NCBI GenBank assembly: GCA_039588275.1
Contig: JBDHAC010000062.1
Coordinates: 1 to 20,578, forward strand
DNA length: 20,578 bases
Origin: Gemmatimonadota bacterium
Lineage (GTDB): Bacteria > Gemmatimonadota > Gemmatimonadetes > Palauibacterales > Palauibacteraceae
Direction of reading: 5' to 3'
Positions 7,812 through 15,534 of this stretch are shown here, one piece after another. A program made the position numbers and the translations under genes. Every line of letters begins with the position of its first letter. Positions within the stretch are counted from its first letter, which is position 1. A model generated the notes under the pieces. That model was not told the DNA's origin and did no database searches. It worked only from the letters and a program-made list of their open reading frames with translations.

Positions 7812-9157
7812 TGGCGACCGCCGAGCTCGAGGCCCGGGTGGTCCACCTCACGATGGCGGACGCCAACGAGGACATCGCGCGTCCGATCTCCAAGCCGGCG
7901 CTGCGCTGGTGGCTGCTCCTCGGCGTGACCGTCCTGCTGATAGGGGTCGGCGCGGCCGCCTGGTTCTACCAGATCGGCGTGGGGCTCGGTGTGGCGGGCA
8001 TCACCCACCCCGTCATGTGGGGCGTCTACATCACCAACTTCGTCTTCTGGGTCGGGATCGCGCACAGCGGGACGCTCATCTCGGCGATCCTCTACCTGTT
8101 CCGCTCGGGGTGGCGCACGACGATCAACCGCGCGGCCGAGGCGATGACGATCTTCGCGGTGATGACGGCGGGGTTGTTCCCGCTCATCCACCTCGGGCGC
8201 GTGTGGTACTTCTACTGGCTCATGCCGTACCCGTCGCAGCGGCAGATCTGGCCCGACTTCCGGTCGCCGCTGGTGCTCGACGTGTTCGCGGTGGGGACCT
8301 ACTTCACGATCAGCCTGATCTTCTGGTACACCGGCCTCATCCCCGATCTGGCCGCGCTCAGGGACAAGTTCAGCGGGATGAAGAGCAAGGTGTACGGCGC
8401 CCTGTCGCTCGGGTGGACGGGCACCGTCAACGAGTGGCGGCACTACCGGCGTGCGTACCTCTACATGGCGGGGATCGCGACGCCGCTGGTGCTCTCGGTG
8501 CACAGCGTCGTCTCGTGGGACTTCGCGCTCAGCATCGTCCCCGGATGGCACTCCACCATCTTCGCCCCCTACTTCGTGGCGGGCGCCATCTTCTCGGGGA
8601 TCGCGATGGTGATCACCCTGATGGTGCCACTCCGTTGGGCGTTCGGGCTGGAGGACTACATCACGGAGTACCACTTCGAGAACATGGCGAAGCTGCTACT
8701 CCTGACGTCGCTCATCGTGGGCTACGCGTACGCGGTGGAGTATTTCCTCGCCTGGTATTCGGCCGATCCCATCGAGCAGGAGAGCTTCCTGTGGCGGGCG
8801 CGAGGCCACTACGCGCTGCCCTTCTGGATCATGGTGTTCTGTAACGTCGTGGTCCCGATGACCTGCTGGTTCAAGCGCATCCGCCGCAGCATCGCGGCGC
8901 TGTTCGTCATCTCGATCTTCGTGAACATCGGGATGTGGTACGAGCGCTTCGTGATCATCGCCTCGTCGCTGGCGCACGAGTTCGACCCCGGCGGGTGGGG
9001 CGTGTACACACCGAGCTGGGTCGAGATCGCGATCCTGGTCGGTAGCTTCGCCTGGTTCTTCTTCTGGTTCCTGATCTTCACGCGCACGCTCCCGACGATC
9101 AGCATCGCCGAGGTGAAGGAGCACCTCGCGCACGGTCACACGGATCTGGGCACATGA
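7811..9157 (+). CDS. actC: Alternative complex III quinol-binding membrane subunit ActC (NrfD/PsrC family)
   Basis: WGVYITNFVFWVGIAHSGTLISAIL, INRAAEAMT, HLGR, SVHSVVSWDFA, WHSTIFAPYFVAGAIFSG, GMWYERFVII; TGATG coupling to actB. Confidence 0.96.
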   Translation: MATAELEARVVHLTMADANEDIARPISKPALRWWLLLGVTVLLIGVGAAAWFYQIGVGLGVAGITHPVMWGVYITNFVFWVGIAHSGTLISAILYLFRSGWRTTINRAAEAMTIFAVMTAGLFPLIHLGRVWYFYWLMPYPSQRQIWPDFRSPLVLDVFAVGTYFTISLIFWYTGLIPDLAALRDKFSGMKSKVYGALSLGWTGTVNEWRHYRRAYLYMAGIATPLVLSVHSVVSWDFALSIVPGWHSTIFAPYFVAGAIFSGIAMVITLMVPLRWAFGLEDYITEYHFENMAKLLLLTSLIVGYAYAVEYFLAWYSADPIEQESFLWRARGHYALPFWIMVFCNVVVPMTCWFKRIRRSIAALFVISIFVNIGMWYERFVIIASSLAHEFDPGGWGVYTPSWVEIAILVGSFAWFFFWFLIFTRTLPTISIAEVKEHLAHGHTDLGT

Positions 9158-9654
9158 GCGGGGTCCTGGCGCAGTACACGAGTCTCGGCGAGACGGAGAG
9201 CGCGATCCGGCGATTCCGCGAGGCGGGGCACACGGACCTCCAGGTGTGGTCACCCATCCCGTCCGAGGCGCTCGAAGAGGCGATGGACATCCACGGCTCG
9301 CCCGTCGGGCGGTGGGCGCTCATCGGGGGCATGACGGGGTGCGTCACGGGGCTCCTGCTCACCGCCGGGACCTCGCTCGGCTACCCGCTCGTGACGCAGG
9401 GCAAGCCGATCGTCTCGATTCCACCGTTCATCGTGGTGATGTTCGAGCTGACGATCCTGCTCACCGGGATCTTCGCGCTCATGGCCATGCTCGTACACGC
9501 CCGCCGGCCGAGGCGGGACCTGTCGCCGCACTACCGGCCCGAGTTCTCGGTGGATCGCTTCGGGGTGTACGTCCCCGCCGGTCAGTGGGATCTCTCCGAC
9601 GTCGAGCAGCTGGTCCGAGACACGGGCGCTGTCGACGTGGAGACCGACTCATGA
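9154..9654 (+). CDS. actD: Alternative complex III subunit ActD (DUF3341 type)
   Basis: Two TM helices, WSPIP, GKPIVSIPPFIVVMFELTIL, FSVDRFGVYV; ATGA overlap with actC. Confidence 0.92.
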   Translation: MSGVLAQYTSLGETESAIRRFREAGHTDLQVWSPIPSEALEEAMDIHGSPVGRWALIGGMTGCVTGLLLTAGTSLGYPLVTQGKPIVSIPPFIVVMFELTILLTGIFALMAMLVHARRPRRDLSPHYRPEFSVDRFGVYVPAGQWDLSDVEQLVRDTGAVDVETDS

Positions 9655-10286
9655 GCCGCGCTCGGTCCCCAATCACGGCGTGCCGCCGCGGCCGACCGCT
9701 CCCGACGCTGGCCGCCGTCGCGATGTGCGGACTCGTCGCGCTGGGCTGCGACGATCAGATCAAGTACATCGCGATCTTCTCGACCATGTCGGAGCAGGTC
9801 TCGCTGGAGCCGGGCGAAGAGGAGCCGCGCACGTCGGTGCCCGGCACGATGCCGATCGACGGAGAGCGGACGTACGCCCTGCTGGAGGCCGACACGGCAT
9901 TGGTCAGCCCCATCGAAGGGGATTCGGCCGAGCTGGCGCTGGGGCAGGAGCGGTTCGAGCAGTTCTGCATGCCCTGCCACGGATCCGAGGGGCGGGGGGA
10001 TGGACCGGTCGTCGGGCCCAACCGCATCCCGGTCCTTCCGACGCTCGATCTCACCACCGATCGGGCCGTCGGCTACAGCGACGGCTACATATGGGGCATG
10101 ATCACCAACGGGCGCGGGTTGATGCCACCCTACCATCGCATCCCGGTGGATGAGCGTTGGCAGGTCGTCGCGTACGTCCGCGAGCTCCAGCGGCAGGCCT
10201 CCGAGGGCGGAGCCGGTACGGGTGCGGCGGTCGCCGGTGACGGGGCGGCCGGTGCCGACGGGTCGGGGGCGGGAGGTCGGCCGTGA
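9651..10286 (+). CDS. actE: Alternative complex III monoheme cytochrome c lipoprotein ActE
   Basis: ATG 9651 overlapping the actD stop (ATGA); lipobox ALGC; VPGTMP, CMPCHGSEGRGDG, ITNGRGLMPPY (axial Met), RWQVVAYVRELQ. Confidence 0.92.
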   Translation: MSRARSPITACRRGRPLPTLAAVAMCGLVALGCDDQIKYIAIFSTMSEQVSLEPGEEEPRTSVPGTMPIDGERTYALLEADTALVSPIEGDSAELALGQERFEQFCMPCHGSEGRGDGPVVGPNRIPVLPTLDLTTDRAVGYSDGYIWGMITNGRGLMPPYHRIPVDERWQVVAYVRELQRQASEGGAGTGAAVAGDGAAGADGSGAGGRP

Positions 10287-11557
10287 GCCACGGGCGCAGG
10301 ACGCCGTCCCAGGATCAGGCGCTGGGTACCATCACGGGTCGCATCCCCGGCACCTGGCTGCTGATCTGGCTGGCGGCGATCGCGCTGGGCTTCGTGGGCT
10401 TCTTCCTGGCCGTGGGACCTACACCTCAGCGGGCCTGGATGACCCTCTGGTTCAACTTCCTGTTCTGGACCGCGCTGGCTATGGGGGGTGTCGTGTTCAG
10501 CGCCATCCTGCAGGCCGCGAAGGGGAACTGGGGCAAGCCGTTCCGGAGGCTGGCGGAGGGAGCTGCAGCCTTCCTTCCGTTTTCCTTCGTCCTCTTCGTG
10601 CTCCTCTACTTCGGTTCGGAGTACGTCCTCGTCTGGCTCGGCCCGGTCGAGACGCTGCACCTGAACCGCACGTGGCTCACCCAGGATGGCGTGTTCATCC
10701 GCAACGGCATCCTGCTCGCGATCCTGTACATCGCCTCGTTCGTCTTCCTGTGGTACTCTCTGCGGGCGGATGCGCCGCTGGTAGCCCCGCGGTTGAGCGG
10801 GTGGCGCAAGGCGCTCGTCGGACGGCTGTCCAACAAGTGGCGCGGTGACGAGATCGAGGTCGAGCGCTGCATGCGGCGAATCGCGCGGCTCGGGCCGTTT
10901 ATCATCCTGGCGTGGGTGAGCGTGCTCTCGGTGCTGTCCTTCGACCTGATCATGTCCCTCGTCCCCGGCTTCATCAGCATCGTGTGGGGCCCTTACTACT
11001 TCATCGGCGGGTGGCTATGTCTCCTCTCGCTCGTCGCGCTGATGGCGAACCACTACAACGGGCGCTTCGGGGGCGAGCCGCTGTGGGGCCAGTGGGACTT
11101 CCACGACCTGGGCAAGCTGATGTTCGCCTTCGTGGTCTTCTGGACCTACCTGTGGTTCGCGCAGTTCCTCGTCGTGTGGTACGGCAACCTCCCGCGTGAG
11201 GCCAACTTCTTCCTCACACGCACCGCCGGTCCGTTCTCGGCGATCTACTGGCTGCAGATGGTGCTCATCTTCGGGCTGCCGTTCGTGTTCCTGCTCGGGC
11301 GTAAGCCGAAGATGCGTTCCCGCTGGCTGGCCTTCGTCGCCCTCATCATCCTGACCGGGTTCTGGATCGAGCGCTTCAACCTGGTCGTTCCGTCGGTGTG
11401 GGAAGGAAGCGGCGTGCCGCTGGGATGGCAGGAGATCTTGATCTCGGTCGGTTTCGTAGGGCTCTTCGGCCTGTGCTACGCGCTTTTCGCGAGCACCTTC
11501 CCAAAGGTTCCGATCCGCGACACGATCGCGAGGGGCAGCGCCGGGCAGGGCCCGTAA
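10283..11557 (+). CDS. actF: Alternative complex III membrane subunit ActF
   Basis: About 10 TM helices; WGKPFRRLAE, FDLIMSL, HDLGKLMFAFVVFWTYLWFAQFLVVWYGNLPRE; GTGA overlap with actE. Confidence 0.93.
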   Translation: MSHGRRTPSQDQALGTITGRIPGTWLLIWLAAIALGFVGFFLAVGPTPQRAWMTLWFNFLFWTALAMGGVVFSAILQAAKGNWGKPFRRLAEGAAAFLPFSFVLFVLLYFGSEYVLVWLGPVETLHLNRTWLTQDGVFIRNGILLAILYIASFVFLWYSLRADAPLVAPRLSGWRKALVGRLSNKWRGDEIEVERCMRRIARLGPFIILAWVSVLSVLSFDLIMSLVPGFISIVWGPYYFIGGWLCLLSLVALMANHYNGRFGGEPLWGQWDFHDLGKLMFAFVVFWTYLWFAQFLVVWYGNLPREANFFLTRTAGPFSAIYWLQMVLIFGLPFVFLLGRKPKMRSRWLAFVALIILTGFWIERFNLVVPSVWEGSGVPLGWQEILISVGFVGLFGLCYALFASTFPKVPIRDTIARGSAGQGP

Positions 11558-11766
11558 GCTCAAGCAGCATAACCCGTAACAGCACTTCAGTACTCGATCC
11601 TCATACAGCGTTACCGAGTCACGGCCTTTTGGGGCGGTCTTGCGTCCCTGGTCCACGATGCGTCTGGGACGAAATGTCCCGTTCACCTGTAGCCCAACCC
11701 GGTCGCGCGGCCACGAATCACGCCATGTGGCCTACCTTTCCATGTGTCGGACAGCATCGTAGCCGG

Positions 11767-11782
11767 TGGCCCGTATCTGGCT
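11767..11782 (+). promoter_or_regulatory. Candidate sigma54 (-24/-12) promoter for the second complex
   Basis: TGGCCCGTATCTGGCT = GG-N10-GC, two mismatches to TGGCACG-N4-TTGC; palindrome GGGAC-N5-GTCCC at 11666-11680 upstream. Confidence 0.4.
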
Positions 11783-11939
11783 CACGAATGTCCCAACTCA
11801 CTCCACAAACGCGGAGGGCGAGGCCTGGTGGTGATCTTGACGCATGCGAACGTGTGGACGATCCCGATGGACCCGATGGGCCTGCTGACCTCCGATCACC
11901 TCCGCGTCGGTCTACGGGCCCGCAGGGCCGGGTAGGAAG

Positions 11940-12458
11940 ATGGCCCTGCATCGCATCCGTCGTGCACTCGTGCGCGTGGTCTTACCGGTCCTGCTGGCGG
12001 TGCTCGTCATCCGACTCGCAATCGGGCATGAGCCCGCAGTGCCCCAGCCCATCCAGTTCAATCATCTGAAGCACACGCAGGAGCTACAGCTGACGTGCGA
12101 CTTCTGCCACAAGTACCTGGCTCAGGGCGCGCACGCCGGTCTGCCCGGCGCCGAGACCTGCTCAATGTGCCATTCGGCGCCTCAGGGGACGTCCGAGGAG
12201 GCCGCGAGGGTGACCGAGCTCCTCTCCGAGGGGGACCCACTGCGGTTCGCCAAGCTGTTCCGGTTGCCGGACCATGTGTTCTATACGCACCGACGACATG
12301 TCGAGATCGGCGGGCTGGAATGCGCAAGCTGTCACGGCGCCATCGCAGAGACCGAGCGTCCGCCCGAGCGGCCTTTGATCCGCGTGACTATGGAGTTCTG
12401 CATGGACTGTCACCGCGAGCGGGAGCAGACCCTCGACTGCAATGCCTGCCACCGCTGA
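11940..12458 (+). CDS. Pentaheme cytochrome c3-family protein (QrcA/ActA-like), N-terminal membrane anchor
   Basis: AGGAAG before ATG; one N-terminal TM; QPIQFNHLKH; CDFCH, CSMCH, CASCH, MEFCMDCH, CNACHR. Confidence 0.93.
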   Translation: MALHRIRRALVRVVLPVLLAVLVIRLAIGHEPAVPQPIQFNHLKHTQELQLTCDFCHKYLAQGAHAGLPGAETCSMCHSAPQGTSEEAARVTELLSEGDPLRFAKLFRLPDHVFYTHRRHVEIGGLECASCHGAIAETERPPERPLIRVTMEFCMDCHREREQTLDCNACHR

Positions 12459-12473
12459 TGCGAGGCCGTTGAG

Positions 12474-14837
12474 ATGAGCGTAGACCGACGGGAGTTCTTG
12501 TGGGCGATGGGCGCCGCCGGCGCCGGACTCGCCATGCAGGGATTGCCGAGCGTCTTTTGGACGACCGATCAGACGCCCGATCCCGGCTGGGCGCCCGGCA
12601 TCGAGGACTACCTCAACTCCTCGTGTCTGGTCTGCCCCGCGCGCTGCGGGATCCGAGGTCGGGTGGTGGACGGTCATCTCGTCCGGATCTCCGGCAACCC
12701 GTTGCACCCGATGAGCCGGGGTGGCGTCTGCCCGCGGGGGATCGCAGGCGTACAGATGCTCTATCACCCGGAACGGATCGCCTCGCCCATCGCGCGTGTG
12801 GGCCCACGCGGGGGCGACGAGTGGCGGCCAATCACACAGGACGAAGCGATCGCGCTCATCGTCGAGCGCTTGGGAGCGCTCCGGACGGAAGGCCGGCCGG
12901 AGGGACTGGCGCTCCTCACCGGCTACTGCGCGGGCAGCGTGCAGGATTTGTGGAGCCATTTCCTGCAAGCGTTCGGGTCGCCGAACTACGTGCCCGATGA
13001 TTATGCCGACGCGACGGACTCGCTCATGGGGCTCGTCCACGGGATCGCGCAGCGACCCAGCTACGACCTCGCGAGTGCGTCACTGGTGCTCTCCTTCGGA
13101 ACTCCGCTGTTCGAATCGTGGTGGTCGCCGCTACAGGCCTTCGCGGCGTACTCCGATCCACAGGAACCGGAGGGGCCGCGCCCGCGATTCGTCCAGGTCG
13201 ATACCCGCTTCTCTCGCACTGCCGCCCGATGCCAGGAATGGGTCGGGATCCGTCCCGGGACACACGCCGTCCTGGCGCTGGGCATCGCGTACGTGCTGAT
13301 CCGGGATCAGCTGTTCGACGTCGACTTCGTCTCGGAGTGGGTGACGGGGTTCGAGGACTACACGGATCGAGACGGGCAGGTTCGTGAGGGGTATCGCTCG
13401 ATCATCTCGCGCAACTACCGAACAGAAGAAGTCTCGTCGATCACCGGCGTGCCCGTGGAGCGGATCGCCGCTCTGGCCCGGGCGGTCGCGGAGAACCCGC
13501 CTGCCATCGCGGTGTGTGGCGCGGACGTGACGCTGGCGCCGAATGGACTGTTGGCCGGCCTGGCGGTTCATAGCCTGAACGTCCTCGTCGGGAGTATCAA
13601 CCGCCCCGGTGGGGTCCTCTTCCGCGAGGAGACGCCGCTGGCTCCCCTCGCTCCGCTCGTGCTGGACGAAACGTCCCGCCGGGGCCTCGAGCACGAGCCC
13701 GTCCGACAGACGCGGCCGGCATTCGGACCGGGCGATCCGGCTCTGGACTTCGCCACGGCAGTCGCGGAGACCGAGAGCACGGCGGTAGAGACCCTGCTCC
13801 TCTACTACGCCAACCCGTTGGCCTCGTCGACGCATCCTGAGGTCTGGTCGGCGGCCCTCGAGAAGATCCCCTTCGTGGTCAGCTTCTCGCCGTTCCTGGA
13901 CGAGACGGCGCGGCATGCCGACCTCGTGCTTCCCGATCTGCTTCCGTACGAGCGCTGGCAGGATGCTCCGACGCCCTCGTCTTATCCGTACCCCGTTTGG
14001 GGCGTCTCACGGCCGCTCGTCGAGCCACACGGAGGAGGGCTCCATACGGGTGAGGCGATTTTGGCGGTTTCCAGGGGCCTGGGCGGCGGCGTCGCCGAGA
14101 GCCTCCCGTACGAGAGTTTCGAGACGCTTCTCAAGGCGCGGGCGCGCGGGCTGTTCGAGGCCCAGCACGGCATGATTCTCGGAAGCGACTTCGAGCAGCG
14201 TCACCACCGCCAGATGGAGGAGCGTGGCTGGTGGCTGGCCGAGCACGCGGAGTTCGACCCGTTTTGGAGCGATCTCGTCGAGCGGGGCGGGTGGATGGAT
14301 CCGCATTACGACCACACCGACCCGGCCCGGTTCTCTGAAACCACTAGTGGACGCATCGAGCTCTTACCGCCCGCGTTGCTCGAAGCGCTCGACTCCGAGG
14401 GTCGCGGCCGGAGACCCTATGTGGAGACCACGATCGGTTACGAGGGCGACGAGGAGGAGTTCCCGCTTCGTCTCGTCCCGTATCGCGTGTCGACCCTCGC
14501 CTCGGGCACTCTCGGCCTCGAGCGCTGGATGGCAGAGGTACCGGGACTGTTCCCGGACATCCATTGGGATCCATGGATCGAGATCAACCCGGAGACCGCC
14601 CACTCGTTGGGGTTCGGTGACCGCACGATGGTGTGGGTGGTGTCCTCGCGTGCCAGGTATCGCGCCCGCTTGAGGGTGTTCCCCGGGACCGCGACCGACA
14701 ACGTGGGCGCGCCGTACGGGTTGCGGCACCCGGACGGTGAGCTCGCGAGCCCCCTCCAGATACTCGTGGGCTCGGCTGACCCGCTAACGGGGTTGCCGAG
14801 CTGGCATTCCACCCGAGTCCGCCTCGAACGGGCATAG
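12474..14837 (+). CDS. TAT-exported molybdopterin oxidoreductase family subunit (QrcB/ActB1-like)
   Basis: DRREFL twin-arginine signal; CLVCPARC-X27-C FS0 motif; QMLYHPERI; DETARHADLVLP...ERW; C-terminal WIEINPETA domain. Confidence 0.9.
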   Translation: MSVDRREFLWAMGAAGAGLAMQGLPSVFWTTDQTPDPGWAPGIEDYLNSSCLVCPARCGIRGRVVDGHLVRISGNPLHPMSRGGVCPRGIAGVQMLYHPERIASPIARVGPRGGDEWRPITQDEAIALIVERLGALRTEGRPEGLALLTGYCAGSVQDLWSHFLQAFGSPNYVPDDYADATDSLMGLVHGIAQRPSYDLASASLVLSFGTPLFESWWSPLQAFAAYSDPQEPEGPRPRFVQVDTRFSRTAARCQEWVGIRPGTHAVLALGIAYVLIRDQLFDVDFVSEWVTGFEDYTDRDGQVREGYRSIISRNYRTEEVSSITGVPVERIAALARAVAENPPAIAVCGADVTLAPNGLLAGLAVHSLNVLVGSINRPGGVLFREETPLAPLAPLVLDETSRRGLEHEPVRQTRPAFGPGDPALDFATAVAETESTAVETLLLYYANPLASSTHPEVWSAALEKIPFVVSFSPFLDETARHADLVLPDLLPYERWQDAPTPSSYPYPVWGVSRPLVEPHGGGLHTGEAILAVSRGLGGGVAESLPYESFETLLKARARGLFEAQHGMILGSDFEQRHHRQMEERGWWLAEHAEFDPFWSDLVERGGWMDPHYDHTDPARFSETTSGRIELLPPALLEALDSEGRGRRPYVETTIGYEGDEEEFPLRLVPYRVSTLASGTLGLERWMAEVPGLFPDIHWDPWIEINPETAHSLGFGDRTMVWVVSSRARYRARLRVFPGTATDNVGAPYGLRHPDGELASPLQILVGSADPLTGLPSWHSTRVRLERA

Positions 14838-14849
14838 GAGGCGCGCGCG

Positions 14850-15533
14850 ATGCCACGCTGGGGGATGGTGATCGACCTCGATCGATGCACGGGGTGCGCG
14901 GCGTGCGAGCTGGCGTGCAAGAGCGAGAACAACATCCCCACCGTTTCTCCCGAAGAGGCCGAGGCGGGGCGCGCGATGACCTGGATGAAGGTCCAGGTGG
15001 AGATCGAGGGGGAGTTCCCCGACACCTCTATGCACTTCTTCCCCCGCCCTTGCATGCATTGCGACAACCCCCCGTGCATCCGGGTGTGTCCGGTCGTGGC
15101 GACCTACATCGATGACGAGGGAATTGTGGGGCAGATCTACCCGCGCTGCATCGGTTGTCGCTACTGCGCCAACGCCTGCCCCTACACGGTGAAGTACTTC
15201 AACTGGTACGGACCGGAGTGGAGCGAGTCGGAGCGCCGTCACCTGAACCCGGACGTCTCCGAGCGACCCAAGGGCGTCATCGAAAAGTGCACCTTCTGCC
15301 ATCACCGACTGCAGAAGGCGAGGGAGGATGCGCGGGCGGAGGGACGGGATCTCAGGGAGGAGGACTATCAACCAGCCTGCGCCGAGGTGTGCCCCACCGG
15401 CGCGATCGTGTTCGGCGACCTCGAGAACCCGAACCATCGAGTGGCGGAACTCAAAGAGGATTCGCGAGCAACCCGATTGCTGGAGGACCTGGGGACGGAG
15501 CCGAAGGTCTTCTACCTGAGGACGAGAGAGTAG
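14850..15533 (+). CDS. 4Fe-4S ferredoxin electron-transfer subunit (QrcC/DsrO/NrfC-like)
   Basis: GGAGG RBS; WGMVIDLDRCTGCAACELAC, CMHCDNPPCIRVCP, QIYPRCIGCRYCANACPY, KCTFCHHR...CAEVCP (16 Cys). Confidence 0.95.
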   Translation: MPRWGMVIDLDRCTGCAACELACKSENNIPTVSPEEAEAGRAMTWMKVQVEIEGEFPDTSMHFFPRPCMHCDNPPCIRVCPVVATYIDDEGIVGQIYPRCIGCRYCANACPYTVKYFNWYGPEWSESERRHLNPDVSERPKGVIEKCTFCHHRLQKAREDARAEGRDLREEDYQPACAEVCPTGAIVFGDLENPNHRVAELKEDSRATRLLEDLGTEPKVFYLRTRE

Positions 15534-15534
15534 C

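Noticed and set aside
9246..9650. Long N-terminal extensions in the ORF track (ActE from 9246, tetraheme from 17045, DegT from 3773, ActA from 3650, small protein from 19490)
   Set aside because: They overlap neighbouring genes or promoters; downstream starts have RBS or stop-start coupling and place signal peptides at the N-terminus.
11838..11863. TTGACG as a sigma70 -35 element
   Set aside because: Best -10 candidate (GACGAT) is only 14 nt away and weak.
11744..11935. 63-aa ORF as possible ActG or leader peptide
   Set aside because: No RBS, no TM helix, atypical codons; overlaps the candidate promoter.
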